A stretch of 62,537 nucleotides of DNA, counting the filler, from Choristocarpus tenellus KU-1152 (taxonomy: Eukaryota > Protista > Phaeophyceae): assembly GCA_964200185.2 (NCBI GenBank). It is 13 parts of 13 records of this genome, joined end to end, with 100 filler letters (N's around TTAATTAATTAA, not from the genome) between each part and the next. Parts side by side here need not be neighbours in the genome. Positions count along the whole stretch, not along the records: positions 23,670 to 28,296 come from CAXNAD020013734.1; positions 28,397 to 31,688 come from CAXNAD020020991.1; positions 31,789 to 34,959 come from CAXNAD020021799.1; positions 35,060 to 38,389 come from CAXNAD020020757.1; 9 more parts are not named here. The stretch is one strand, 5' to 3'. Shown here piece by piece: positions 24,322-37,728 of this stretch. A program made the position numbers and the translations under genes. The notes under the pieces are model-generated. The model was not told the origin of the DNA and searched no databases. It saw only the letters and a program-made list of their open reading frames with translations. How positions within the stretch are numbered: the first letter of the stretch is position 1; each line of letters opens with the position of its first letter.

Positions 24322-25900
24322 ATGTTAGGTAGCATTTCTTGGTGACGTTTGCGGAGTTTTTGAGACTAGGGTAAATTGATTGGAGGGGGAGTCCGGATGC
24401 TGGCGGACTATAAGGGATCATAGGGAGACGACATATGGAATACCAGTTGAAGAATGTGGGGTAGAAGTTGAATCAGAATGCGAGGATGAAGACGAAGAGG
24501 CGGTTAGGAGAACCGAGCACCATACAAGGATTAAGGAACAGAGATTGCGGCGACTCATCCCCCTCCCATCAAAGTCCATAGCATACAATGGTGACAATGA
24601 CGGGGAAGGTTATCTAACTTTTGAGAGGAATGTCCTTGCGTGTGCCACCATCGGGGTACAGAAAGATGTTCTTCTGACCGAAGACCACATCAGAGTGAGC
24701 TGCGATATTTTTAATGAAACGAAATAGATTGAGAGAGAAGTTGAAAAGGTCAGTGTAGCTGTGGCAGCTCTGGCGATGGGTTTGGGTGGACTCGCCAACC
24801 AAATTGCTGACAACCATGATAGTCCTTCGGAAGCGTTTCAAGCTCTGAGGAGTCATTTTGTTAGAAATGACATTACTGAGAGAGAAATTATGAGGTCCAA
24901 GCTTAATTCTCTTCATCTACTTTCGGGGGAAGATTCGACCATGGTCATATTGGAGATGGACAGATTGGTCAAGAAGATGAGGTCGATCGACGATGAGCCT
25001 AGCGAGGAGGCTCAACTCAGCGCATTGCATAATTGCCTCTTTGAGGAGTATTTCGTTGATATACGACAGGTTATGGGGAGAGGCCGTGCAGCCAGACTTG
25101 ATCCTTCAAAGACGAGAATGTGAGACCTACCTCATGCGCAAACACCAACGAGAACGACGGATGAAGAGTATTGATGGGGTAAAGATGGTAGGTGGAGCCC
25201 GTGCGAGAGGTGGAACTACAGGGTGTTGAAAGGATCGACAATCAGGACGCGTGGAGTGCTGTGTGTGTGGAGGACCACACTTTCAATCCTCTTGCCCACT
25301 GCTGTTTCCTCAGGTTCCAGATCTTACACAGGTGCTTGTTATGTTTGTGGAGTGACAGGACACAAGACGTACTGCTGTCCTAAACGCGCTGGAGCTATTG
25401 GAGTGACTGGCCAAGGACGGACTACTTCTGGACCAAACCCCAGAAGGAAGAGGAAGAATGGTAAAGGAAGACAGAGAGGTGATAACAACAACACTGGTGA
25501 AGCTGGTGACGGAGAATACCTAGCGAATGGCACACCAGTGCAGCTTGGAGGATTCTCCTCAGTATGCGACGATGGGAGAGTCAAAATATTTTAGAGGGTA
25601 GATCTGCGTCCATTCGGAGTCCAAAATCCAATGTTGCGATTTTGACGTAATTTTGGCTATCGTGTTTGTTGGGAAGTTTCAATATCCTTATTCCGGACAC
25701 ACCTTTTCATAACGTACACATTTTACCTACTCTGAAACTTTTGGGGTAGGAAAATGTCATAAAATAACGTGGGAAGCCAAGCCCCAAATGGAAAAAAACG
25801 GCAAAACTCGTAACCTCCTAGATACTTTCACTCGGGAGTCCTGTGGAATTGGATGAACGTTGTTTTTTTGACAGTGATTGTTCAGGACATGACAAATAGT
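24322..25900 (+). mobile_element. Degraded Ty1/copia gag (UBN2-like + CCHC knuckle) and protease start
   Basis: SPSEAFQALRSHF...KLNSLHLLSGED...MDRLVKKMRSID...LHNCLFEEY; CYVCGVTGHKTYCCP; after removing the MITE, CFFDSDCSGH (copia W..DSG.S.H motif); stops and frameshifts. Confidence 0.8.
25578..25833. mobile_element. MITE family B inserted in copia, TSD GGGA
   Basis: GGGA|GAGTCAAAATATTTTAGAGGGTA ... GATACTTTCACTC|GGGA. Confidence 0.9.
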
Positions 25901-27189
25901 CCATAGGAGGGACTACTTGTATGGGATACTTCCTCCATAGAATAGGAATGATTTGGTGACAAGGACCCCCCTCCTTTGGGCTTGAAAGCTCGCTCCTCCT
26001 TCATCCTTCCTTATTTCATCTACAAACTATTCAACACATCAAGGGATTAAGTAATTTGCATACACAAGTCTTGGGAACATCACCTTCTTTAATATTGCTG
26101 CATTAATTACGCTCTGTCCCTACCTTTGATCCTATTGTTACTAACCCTCAGGTTGTTGGTGGTGATAGTTAAGGTCAAGGTGGCAGGTATTTTGTGCATA
26201 GCAGGCAGTGAGGTTGTCCTCTGCAGAAAAGCCCCTGGACAGACAGTACAGGACCTCCTTTCCTAAAAGGGGCCTGCCTGCCTACTCTGCCCGCCTACAT
26301 CTGGACATTTGACACCAGGCTACTCAGTCATTGCTGTGTATTGAAATGCAGGGAGAAAAGTATGTTCGACTCTACAAAGAATGAAGAAATTATTTAGCAG
26401 GGACAGAAACACTGTGAGCTCCCTTTAATCCCTACTCCTCAGTCATGATCTAGGGTTAGGGTTGACAATTATACATAGTCCAGGTTCTGCCTTCAAATGT
26501 GCCCTGCGCCACTTGAAGTCTTGCTAAATTCCAAGGCAACAGTGGGTGACCCAGTGTGTACCAAGGGAGTGCAAGAGGAGTAGTGAACGTTTTAAGGCTA
26601 GTCCCTGAACGACAATAGAGTGATGCCCTTGCTGAATATGCTTCCCATGTGCCTTCGAGAGTGACTATATGTAAATATGTATTGAACATTGCCCTCGGTG
26701 AGCCCATTTCGATGAAGCAATGGTGGTGCAGCAAGCACCACATTTACACCACCCCTGCACAGTATAACAGTGTCATACGTATACAGTACTGTAACTTTGG
26801 TCATTACAATGTATTAACTCGTATGTATAGTACATCTTCCCAAGAAAAGTATCTGCAAGCCGTTGGTGGCTGGACAGACAACTCGCAGTTCAAATCAAAT
26901 CAATGCTCAAAGCCAATCTCCCTCTGATGCCCTGCCCTACGTGTATTCAATTTCACTCTGCAAGGATAATATAGTACAGTTTCCAAAACGCCACCGCGGA
27001 TCAAATGCAGCTGCACCGCCATGCACCCCCCCACCACACGCACTGAGCAAAACAGCTTATTTGCTAAAAAAAAATTGCGACTGCCAAAACGTGAATATAT
27101 TCTGCTTGTTTGATTACCTTTGCAATCATGATCCTCATCAGACAGTGCAGAAAGATAATTCAATCATGATCACAATCAACCTACTTTCA

Positions 27190-27650
27190 GAATTTCAATC
27201 CGCACGCCGGTGCACCTCATCATGTTTGGCACACCTCGTAGATTTGGCGTTGGGCTTGAGCATCGGCGCTTTCTCCATGATGGTTGTTGCCTCTTTCAAC
27301 TTGTAGAGGGTGCTGTCACTGCTTCAAAACTTTTGAGCAACTGCAGTTCCTGTCATGATCTTCAGGAGCGCCAACCCTTCCACCCTCTCTGCAAAGCTCA
27401 AGCGTTTACGATTGTCGTCACCACGAGGCTTGCAGGATGCGGCTTTTTGTGTAGATTTATTTGGCAGCGTCTTCCACTTGCCCTTGTTCTTGTTATCGTG
27501 GTGCTTTGACGACGTATTGTCACCGACTTGAGGATTTGAAGCCTTGCGCTTGGTGGGGTTCACGCACAATTTGCACATGAGTTTCATTTCGCTGGTGTCA
27601 AAAAGGATCCACGACGCCACAAATGCCATGAAGATAGGCTCTACAAGCAT
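27190..27650 (-). pseudogene. pogo/CENP-B-like transposase N-terminal (psq HTH) relic
   Basis: RKRLSFAERVEGLALLKIMTGTAVAQKF*SSDSTLYKLK...KSTRCAKHDEV; in-frame stop. Confidence 0.55.
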
Positions 27651-28473
27651 GACACTTATGGCATGTATAGTGGAGCGGACCAGGAGTATTACCCTGCATG
27701 TTTCAGCTGGATCCCTCCGCGCAAGGCATCCTTATATCTCTACAATGCAGTCGTTGAAACTTATTTGATACACTATATAATATGTTCTGTACATTACGGA
27801 GAGACCAAAGACTGCTATAGGAAAGTTTACTAAGTAATCTGAGTTGTGGGCGGAAGAATTCTGGTTGGTTGGGGGCACAGTGGAAGGGAGGAGACAGAGA
27901 GAAGAATAAGAATTAGCAAGAAGGAAACGAGTAATGAGGGGCTAAGAGAAGGAGGAGAGAAGTTAAAGAAATGAGTGGTAGGTGGGGGTTGAGGGGATGA
28001 AGGAATGGTCAGTATTGAAAAGATTACCAAGGACTGGGGGTACAAGACGAGGAGGGCAAGAACGAGACAAAACCTTAGCAATTCTCCCGCCCACCCACCC
28101 TATCACTTGCTCACGACCGATGGGGATGCTGGGAAAAAGGGAGCGGAGTTCAAGTTCGGGCGGGGTAGATGTCTTCTAGCTCAAAGGCACGGATTGAAGT
28201 GGATGATGAAGTGGTGTTCTTGGATGATTGTGGAGTTGCGTTGAGTGGTGTGGGGTGAGTGGAGTGGTAACTGGTGTGGGGTTGAAGGGTGGGGGGNNNN
28301 NNNNNNNNNNNNNNNNNNNNNNNNNNNNNNNNNNNNNNNNTTAATTAATTAANNNNNNNNNNNNNNNNNNNNNNNNNNNNNNNNNNNNNNNNNNNNAATG
28401 GGAGGAACTCTGAGGTGATACTGAACATCATAGAGACAACCCCCCCCCCACCCCCATAAGGAACGGGGCAAAC

Positions 28474-28653
28474 CTGAAGGGCAAAGAACCGGTACGACAG
28501 TTGCTGGTACCGAGTTGGAACATAAGGGAGGCGTTTCAGCAGTGAACCTGTTATCCACACAAGCCAGCACATCCAAATAGCCCAGACAAACACCCACACC
28601 GAGCTCAGTATGGAGAGCTGCAAAAGGGATGATAAGTGGGAGGGTAAGAGTCA

Positions 28654-28704
<51 letters not shown>

Positions 28705-29733
28705 AACAAGGTGAAACAGGGAGGAAGCAAAGGTGTCAACAGTTTTCAATTCCACTTCGTGTGTTGTGCACTCCTGAACCAATCCTGTCAAGTGTGTGTA
28801 AAAGGTAAGGGGGACGTACACCTACATCAAAACGCCTCCTAAAAAACCAGTTCTTCGCCCTCTCCCTCCCTCTCCCAATAACAAGGGCCGCGCAAGACAA
28901 GGAAAAATAAAAATCATCCCCTCTTCTGTGCCAAAGAGAGGAGGTGCCCTACGGAGCTCAAAGTCAACTCCAGCTACTGCGACGGTTGTAAGGGCAGCCC
29001 AGAGCTGTGTCATCTCACGCTCCCCAGGTACACGCCTCCCAGTCACACACATACATGCATTCACCCAAACACAAAAAAAATGTCCCAACGTAATATTTTC
29101 ACACTTGTCAACATATATATATATATCATGAATACTGTCAAACCTTGACCAATGGTAACACAACACAGACTGGGTACCAAAAGTGGGACCATCTGTTCAA
29201 ACTTCCAAAAAGAGGAAACAGTTCTATAATAGGAATTATCACCACCAAGTACTAGACTCTTGGGTAGAGGTAAAGCAGTCCACCATGAGCGCACTGCTCA
29301 CCACCACCGGAGCTGGATAACCACTTCACCATGATTCAAACACAAAACAAAGGGAAGCGCTAGATACCGTCCATCTGGGTACTCCATCAATCAGTTCACC
29401 CTCAACACCCTCCCTCACAAAAACCACACACATGAAGTAGAACCACACAAGTCAACTTTCAAAACTCCACTTCAAAACTTTGCTCTCCCTACAAAAACTA
29501 GCAGACACAGCCACTTCCATAACGCTCAAATAATACCAAAACCAGCACCAACACCCTCATCATCATGTATCCCCCCAGTAGGCCCGCCTCACCAGGACAA
29601 ACCTCCTCCTGTCTGATTGGGGCCAGTTCTGAACCGCTAGCACATGGTTTCGATCAGTCTTCCAGTCCAGGCTTGGGAAGGTCATAATATTTACCAGAAT
29701 CATCAGAATAAAATATACAGCCCCCCACCCAAC
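28474..29733 (-). CDS. Multipass membrane protein, partial (possibly Wntless/TMEM181-like TM region)
   Basis: Phase-0 exons 29733-29593 (VGWGAVYFILMILVNIMTFP...AVQNWPQSDRRRFVL) and 28617-28474 (LSILSSVWVFVWAIW...LPYVPTRYQQLSYRFFALQ), GT/AG boundaries, hydrophobic helices. Confidence 0.7.
28655..28700. repeat. (GA)n microsatellite; forms the pyrimidine tract of the minus-strand intron
   Basis: Uninterrupted GA run. Confidence 0.9.
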
Positions 29734-32700
29734 CTTAGTTCAGCATAGCGGGGAGGGGGGGAGGGGGGGGGGGGGGGGCACTGGGGGGGGGGGGGGGCTC
29801 TTTCGCATTGAGGATAGGAACATTNNNNNNNNNNGAAGGTCATAATTTTTACCAAAATCATCAGAAAAAAATAAACGGCCCCCCACCCAACCTTAGTTCA
29901 GCATGGGGGGGGGGGGGGGGGGGGGGGGGGGGGAGCACTGGGTGAGGCGGAGTGCTCTTTCGCATTGAGGATAGGAACATTGTCGTATGAGTGATTGCGA
30001 TCATGTATCACAACATTAAATTGAGGGAGGTATCACGTCCCCCAGAGGCAGGGTGGTCTTCAACCAAATAGCAAACAACAGGCGCCCTTGCCCTTTTGCC
30101 AGTAAGGAAGGCTGTTTTCAAAAAACACTTGACATAGATTCCATAAAATTATTCTGGAGTACACACACCAAATGCACTGAATTTTCAACTGGTTACATAC
30201 ATAGATGCAAATAAAATTCCTGGAAAATTGTTTGAACCCCGGCCAATGGCAAGAGTCCAAACATGGAAGAAACCAATTACAAACACAAAAAATGGAGCCA
30301 TGCAGCTATAACTACAACACACCATCATAGGAAATACACACATTAAAACACACAAACACACACATATATATATATATATATTAATTTCCAAAAGTAATAG
30401 TAACATCAAATATCTCCTTACAATAGGCACTGCTTCCACCCCCCCACAAGCGTCAAAACCTATACCCTGAATTGTCCAAAAAGCGGCGGGACGTACTCAC
30501 GGGCAGCCCTTAGACTTCATATCAATTAATGAAGTATATTTCAACGCCCTTGCCTACACACTATACCAGAATACTGCCTTTCTGTATACTTTGTCCAAAC
30601 AGCGCAGTTCTGGGGATGGAGAGCGACTCATGCTCTTGTCAGTAAGCACACTACTTCTGACACATGTACTCAAGTCTTTCTCAGTCATGCTCATTTACCG
30701 CTCCAATACTCCATTGATGTAGACACAACTGACCACAGCAACAATGTTTGCACTCTCAAAGAGGGAAGGCCTCCACCCGTTGGAGAGCTCAAAAAAACAT
30801 ACCCGTTGACTCTGTTATCCATGTCCAGAACAATTCCTCTACCGATGCATGCACTCTATTGTTCTTCAAACAGACAAGTCACTCTGTCAAAAACTTCTTG
30901 TTTCCCCCAGCTTGTGCTGCCAACCCCAACCTTAACCCTACATGCGCATGCCTCCCTGCACTGGCAAAACCTACAACACCCCAGAGTTGGGAATAACACC
31001 TACGCCAACTAGTACACCGTTTTCCAAGGCTGAAACTACTGAACCCAGATGCTCCTTCTACAATACGTACACATCACAGGACCATGGCTTTGGGGGTACA
31101 CAATATAATTAAAGGTCGCATTACAAGCAAACAAACAACATTACAAGCAAGCACAGAAAACGCCACCCATCTCTTGGAAGACCTTCAGAGCAATGCATAC
31201 AACAGTAACATTTGGCCCAAGAGAAACACCTTGATAGGAACGTAAACCTCACCATCTTCAGCAAATACCACCTCATCTATCACGTTGGGGATACACACTA
31301 CAATTATAGACCACATTACAAGCAAGCACAGAAGACACCACTCATTACTCAGAATGGCCTACAAAGCAATATATACAACAGCAACATTGGTCCAAGAGAC
31401 ACGCCTTGCAGGGAACACAAACCCTACTGTCTTCATCAACAAATATCACCCCATCTATCACAGGCAACAAGAGAAGAGGGAGGGGGCGGGGCAGAAGGGA
31501 CTCACCACACCAACCCATACTTCACAGACCATACTTTTCACGTGCCTCTACCCTCCCACACCAACCTTTGCAACTCCAACCAAAAAAAAAACACACACAA
31601 CCACTTGTTTCCCCCCCCCCCATTGGGGCGCCGCCCTCTAGGGCTCCACATGCAGAAAAGGAAAGATGGCGTAATGCATTGTTGTTTTNNNNNNNNNNNN
31701 NNNNNNNNNNNNNNNNNNNNNNNNNNNNNNNNTTAATTAATTAANNNNNNNNNNNNNNNNNNNNNNNNNNNNNNNNNNNNNNNNNNNNCGGTGATTCTCT
31801 TTGCCACCCTTGCCTGAGTGAACCATGCCGCCACAGAATCACACGATTCACAATATACCCTATTAAATGGTATGCCTAATTTAAGCATGCCTTAAACTGG
31901 CACCCCTTGTGTGAGCAATAATTTGTTCGAATACAACCACTAAAATATGTTTAGGACATTTTACATACACATATGTATATAGTTTTCATTGGTTTCCCCA
32001 CTGACACATCTGCAAAATGTCAGAGGGCATAATAATAATAAAAATACAACCACCATATATTTTTTAGTTAACATGGAACTATTTACTAGTATTGTATCGT
32101 TATTGAACTGTTCCTCTTGTTGTGGTTGTATGTACGTTAAATTAATAAACTTCCATCCTACTACTACTATGATACTATATAGTGATACTAATCACCTGTA
32201 TGTCTTCTATTCTTGGACTGAGTCCGTTCCTACGACTCAGTTCGCCCGATGACTCCCCTATTACGCCCAACAACTAGCAACACCACTTTCTCGCACCCAA
32301 CGATCGGGCAGAGCACTTTATTTGTCCATTAATTTAGGACGATTTCCACAGGAACGTTACACTATTTTATGGACTAGTGTATGCATTAATGGAACTCGAG
32401 GTTTGCTGGGAAGAGATGTAAGATACCCTTACTGCCCTTACGCCCCACTCCCCACTGCCATACCCTTAACCATTTTTTTGTTATATGAAAAGAAGATGAC
32501 TCTCCATTCTTCGTTCTTTTGACGGATGAACAAGGAAGGACTGAAAACACAACTGTGTATGGCGCATGTGAAGAATAACAATTCACAAGGAGCATTTCTT
32601 CTGTGTTCTGCTCACGGTTGGTTCAAAGACGGACGAGAAGAACTTCACCAATATATTAAGGAAGTGTGCCATGACGACACTGACGTCGATGGTGGTTGGA

Positions 32701-33539
32701 GGTCAGACGGTCTAGCATGGATTTGTATAGCAATGGCTAAAACAGCAACAAAGAAGTGAGGTGTGAGATGAGTCTGTCCTGGAAAACGCAGAGGGGGCCT
32801 TCAGGTGTGGAAGGTGAGGTGAGAGAGGGTAGGAATCAAATCGAAGTAAATCGTGTTGAGGTGTTTGGGAACGGTTAAGGAGTGGCGCGATTCATGCTGG
32901 GGTTTTTTTATATTGGATTTAAAGAGAATTTGAATGCAGGTCAAATTTCGTGTTAAGTATAATCTGAGTTGTGAAGGGATGATTTTTTTTGGTTTGCATT
33001 GCAGGTGAGTTGAATAGCTAATAATATCAATTGTGTCACCATTGTATTACATTATTATTAGAAAGTGCATGTCTGCTGTACAACATTCTAAAAACAAAAC
33101 AAAACCAGAGACAATGATGGTGACGTATTATTCGTTCATGTCTTTAAAAAGGTGTCATATATATTACCTATAATATACTGTGTGACGAAAACAGGGTTTT
33201 TTATTGTTGTTCGGGTGGTTTTGGCCTAGTCGTTACAGTGTGACCACACAATAAGAAAAATCTTCAAGGGATATTGTTGTATTTTTAGTCTCAAATAGTA
33301 TGGGGGAAGGTGTCTTTAACATTGACGACAACCAACAGTTGTTGTATCTACGATAACAAGTTCTTGTCGCACAGTTTTGGTCTTGGTTCCCCCCCCCTCT
33401 GATGCATCTGCAAAAGTCAGGGGGGCACAATAATAGAAAAATAAAATATAAAACTATTATTGACAGCGTATGAAATTATAATTTGTACCGTTTTGTTTGG
33501 GGGTAGAGACGTACTGTCATTCATTTTGTTATATTCTTT

Positions 33540-34330
33540 TTTATAATGACCTCTGACACTTTCAAGATGTGTCAGAGAAAAAATCAAATCAAAATGACAA
33601 GGACCTCTGTAAAGATACCAGTTGTCGTTGATGTAAAAGATGCCTATCCAGAAACTATTTTCTGTTTGGATACTAGCTATACAGCAATGGTCCCTTGAAC
33701 GTTGATAATTACAATGCAATGTGGACGATATTGCTTGGCCTCTAACATAGCCTAGTCCTACAATAGTGGGCGAGAACCTAGGGAAACATCCCAAGAATCT
33801 GATAGGCCACTTCTTGCAGGTGTCTCCAGCTTGAAACGCATGATGAGTCTCGAGGGAGCTACTTGTGGAGTGACGGACACGATCTTTTATAAGCGGGACT
33901 TGACAGTCCCTTCCCTAAAGTATCCTCCCGGCCCTCTCCCCCCCACTGTGTGTGTGGCCAACTCATCCGAGAAACTTTCTACTTGCTTACTGAGGCGTCC
34001 AAACCTTTCCATTATGAAGGTGTTGAGGTTAAAACCACGAGGGTCAAAAGAGCTCTCATAGTGGGTGTGCTTTTGCGCCTTGGCTGCAGCAATAGCTACA
34101 CCATTGTTGGAGGATGAGTGTGCCAGATGGGAGGTTGCTTGCACTCCTGTGTCCTGGCTCACTTGTGCTCCCGCCTTAGGGGGCAGGTGCAAGCATGTCG
34201 GGTGTCAACATTATGCCTTCTGCACCCTGCCACCGGGCACTGGTTGGATAGGGCCTCCTCCTTCCCTAGAGATGTGCTGACCGTGGGATCTAAACTCTAC
34301 GGGAGGGATCTGCATGCTAGTTCGAGGGTG
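33540..34330 (-). mobile_element. CRE-like RLE non-LTR retrotransposon 3' fragment
   Basis: AAAKAQKHTHYESSFDPRGFNLNTFIMERFGRLSKQVESFSDELA; colinear with 8314-9224. Confidence 0.75.
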
Positions 34331-34350
34331 TGTGTGGAGGACATTACTTC

Positions 34351-34680
34351 ATTATTATGCCCTCCAGCATTTTGCACATGTTTCAGGGTAAAAACAAAGC
34401 TATATCACAAGGACTGCTGTAGAATAGAAGTTTCTTTAATGCAAAAGATATCTCTCTAAACTATTTTCTACTTGAGAACTAACAATACAACAATGGTCCC
34501 ACGAAGGTTGGTCTCTAAAATGTTATGTGTACAACTACGATGCTTCAAACCTAGGTTAGGTCCACGAAGGTGGGCAAGGAGGTAGGGAAGCAACCCAAGA
34601 ATCTCACTGGGCCCTCCTTGCCCAACTGGCTGGTGTCTCTAGGTTGAAGCGTATGACGTATCTCTATAGAGCCACTTGCG
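34351..34680 (-). mobile_element. Additional RLE non-LTR 3' UTR copy
   Basis: ATTATTATGCCCTC... and homology to 33540-33870. Confidence 0.6.
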
Positions 34681-36722
34681 CGTTGTTGATACTGTTAAAA
34701 TAATGTATTAATCACATCAGTCTGAGGGATGCCAGGACCCATGGTCGAAACATCAGTCCAAAGAAAGTGATACATACTGTTTGGGAAAAGGCAAAATTGA
34801 CCACAGAAGCAAAATAAAGCAAAGAACAAAAAAGAGAAGAAAAAAAGGTAGAATAGAACACTCAGAAGAAAACTCCATCAACGAAAAAGCGTGAGGGGGA
34901 GTAACGAAAGAAAACGAACAAATAATGCAAGAGAAATCGAGGTGAAAATATCTGGGGGGNNNNNNNNNNNNNNNNNNNNNNNNNNNNNNNNNNNNNNNNN
35001 NNNTTAATTAATTAANNNNNNNNNNNNNNNNNNNNNNNNNNNNNNNNNNNNNNNNNNNNATACCTGCAAAAGCAAGGGTGGGAGGCGACTACCTGACCTG
35101 GATGGGTGGGTGGGGGAGGGGGTAGCAGCTTGTTGTCAAAGTTGGTGAGATGCAACTGCTGTTGTGTGACTAGGATTCCCGTAGTTATGAATTTGATTGG
35201 CAAATTGAGAAGATGAAAGCTTGAGGAAAGGTGTACTTGGGGGCAGGCGAGGAGATTTGCATAGAATGGGTTGCAGCGCGTTTTACTCCATTTGCAACTT
35301 GTATACAAGTGGCAGTGGCAAGAGTCTTGTCGTGGATGAGGCTTTGGCTGATATTTGGTGCACAAGGCTACATTAAAACTTTACAACCTTTTAAAAATAA
35401 TTGCAGAGATTGAGAGGGTGCATCTCTTGCAATCAGTTAACTCTTGCACTGGACGGGCAGAATTGTGAAGATACTTGCAGGTGCGTTTAGTTTTTTTCTG
35501 TGAAAGATTGTGTGCCAGGGGCTTAAGTGCTCATTTTGCTGCTGATTCACTGACTTTCCATTTACTTCTGAGTTGCCATTGCTTGATCTGATGTCTGAGC
35601 AGTAGCCCACCAGTATGTCGCCTGGACTCATGGATGTCATGTTCATTGATTGGTGGTGCTTGCCAGGCATGGTAAGGGTGAGAGAATTGGCTGAGTATCT
35701 TTGTAGCTTTGTAACTGGAGGGGTTGTTTGTGAGGCTGCATCAATGGTGCAGACCATTGCGAGCTTGGGTACAGAATCTCCTAAGTGTCACCCGTTTCAC
35801 AAGATACATGTGTGTATTGGTTGTGCTACAAATGTGGAGAAAGGTAACTTATAAGGGTCATGCGAGGTGTACAATTGTGACTCCACTGCCTTGTGATGAA
35901 AGTGCTTGAATTGTGCGTAAGAGCAGCAGTTGAGAGCATGGTGTGAAATATGATGTGCTGTAGACCTGCTTTTACCAGGAAGAGGAGTATCAACCGCATT
36001 AAGTGGTGTCGATTGTGAGGCAATCTCTGCTACACTCTACTGCAAGTATTGATGTACTTTTATGAGCAACCGGTTTGTTGTTGCCTAAAGAGAAGACGAG
36101 TGGAGCAGAGCTGGAGATTGCATCGGATATTGCTTCATAGATTTTTTTTTCAAGACTTTGTGAATGAGACTTTGAAAGGTATACTTCAGAGTGGCTCAGT
36201 ACTTGTGTGCTTGACATAGTTACTATCAACCTTTCATAGGCTATGCAGGCAAGGATTGTACTCTGGAGTGCCCTACTTCAAACACCTATTATTTCAACCT
36301 TGTGGTGTTGTTAATGCAGGCAAATATTGTGTATAGCACCAGTAGATTGAATCCTTTAGTCTCAGGTAGCTGTATGAATTAGACTAGGCGCCAAGAGATG
36401 TCATACCACTAAGTATCTCCTAATGACAGTAATGATGTAATAATAGTTAGAAATTCTATGCCCTGTGAGAGGTATGAATTGGTAGATGGTGTGACAATGA
36501 AGGAGAATGTGCTGAATGCACTTTGAGAGTTGAAGTTCAGTCCAAGCAAACTACAGTATCAGGTGGTGGAGCAAGACAGAAGGAACTATTGAAGACATAT
36601 TTTACATGCAACTTGTCTGTAGGGGGGCATAGGGTAGACGGACTGAGGGTAGTAGAAATAGCAACTACTCACATGAAATGGGAAGGCCTGAAATACATGC
36701 CATGTTTTCCTGGTACCATGTA

Positions 36723-37052
36723 CTCCCTTTGTCCCATAAGTCTGTTCCTTTGTGCATGTATCAATTTCAAAACGGGTTTTGGCAATGGATTCCTCGGGAA
36801 ATTTAACGCAAGATGACTTGTATTTGAAAAAATATAACTCGAAATTGTTCTGAAAATATGGAACAGAGGTTAGGCGGGCATAGGTCCACAAGAAGGCACT
36901 GAATTGGTAGATTGACGGTGTTGAATGAAAACGAGGAAAGGTAATCTAATCCAAAAAATGCCAAGGAATCCAATGCAAAAATCCGTTTTGAAATCGGAGG
37001 TCATCCCGAAGAGTTACATGCATAAAGGAACAGACTTATGTGACAGAGGGAG
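36723..37052. mobile_element. Stowaway-like (Tc1/mariner) MITE
   Basis: TA|CTCCCTTTGTCCCATAAGTCTGTTCCTTT ... AAAGGAACAGACTTATGTGACAGAGGGAG|TG; imperfect inverted arms extend ~80 bp. Confidence 0.75.
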
Positions 37053-37728
37053 TGTAATATCACAAACACAAAAGATGAGTAGCCTATGTTTCATGTTACT
37101 ATCCAGAGTGTGTCAGCGTTTAATATAGGGTCACGGTTTAGTCGCTAGTACGGTATGACAAACAATTAACTGTTGAAAGTATGTATGGAATTTGGTATAC
37201 TGTTCGAGGTAGTAAATGCACAGCATTGATACCTCTATGTGCCTACCTCCAATGTCTTACTTGAATTCCAGAATTTCTAGACTAGTCAGTCACCCACCGA
37301 CCTGTGTGCTTCTATTTTAAACATTGAAGTGCTTGATGTGTGTTCTGGGAGTACAACGTAGCATGGCAGACAATATTAGATGGGAGGTAATTGTTCCACA
37401 CAGCAAATAACTAAGATGAGCAGAGTAGAGGGTGTGAAGTTATGGAAGCGACTAGAGTTGATGCACTTGTGTCACATATGCGTTGAAACATGACTCATGA
37501 TACTTTATTCAGCTGTTACCTGATAAATTACACAATTCTATACAATCTCTCTCTCTATATATATGATTATGAAATGGGCGCCAACAGAGTCATGGTTGGA
37601 GTAGTATCAAATAAATGAAAATGTACATATTTGCGTGCTTTAACAGTGGATTCTAAAAATTGAGGATGGAGCTTACTATTGAGGATGGTTTTGACCGAAA
37701 ATGGTGCGGAAAAAGTGCCGATATGTTA

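Noticed and set aside
28822-29166. 114-aa ORF inside the membrane-protein gene as an extra exon
   Set aside because: The flanking exons already join in frame, and no convincing acceptor/donor pair was found.
29835-29981. Duplicate of the exon start at 29677-29824 as an alternative exon
   Set aside because: It flanks a 10-N gap and a poly-G run, with differences typical of low-quality reads; most likely an unmerged assembly overlap.
35160-36240. Decayed coding-like minus-strand tract
   Set aside because: Many stops and no motif I can assign; not supportable as a gene or a named TE.
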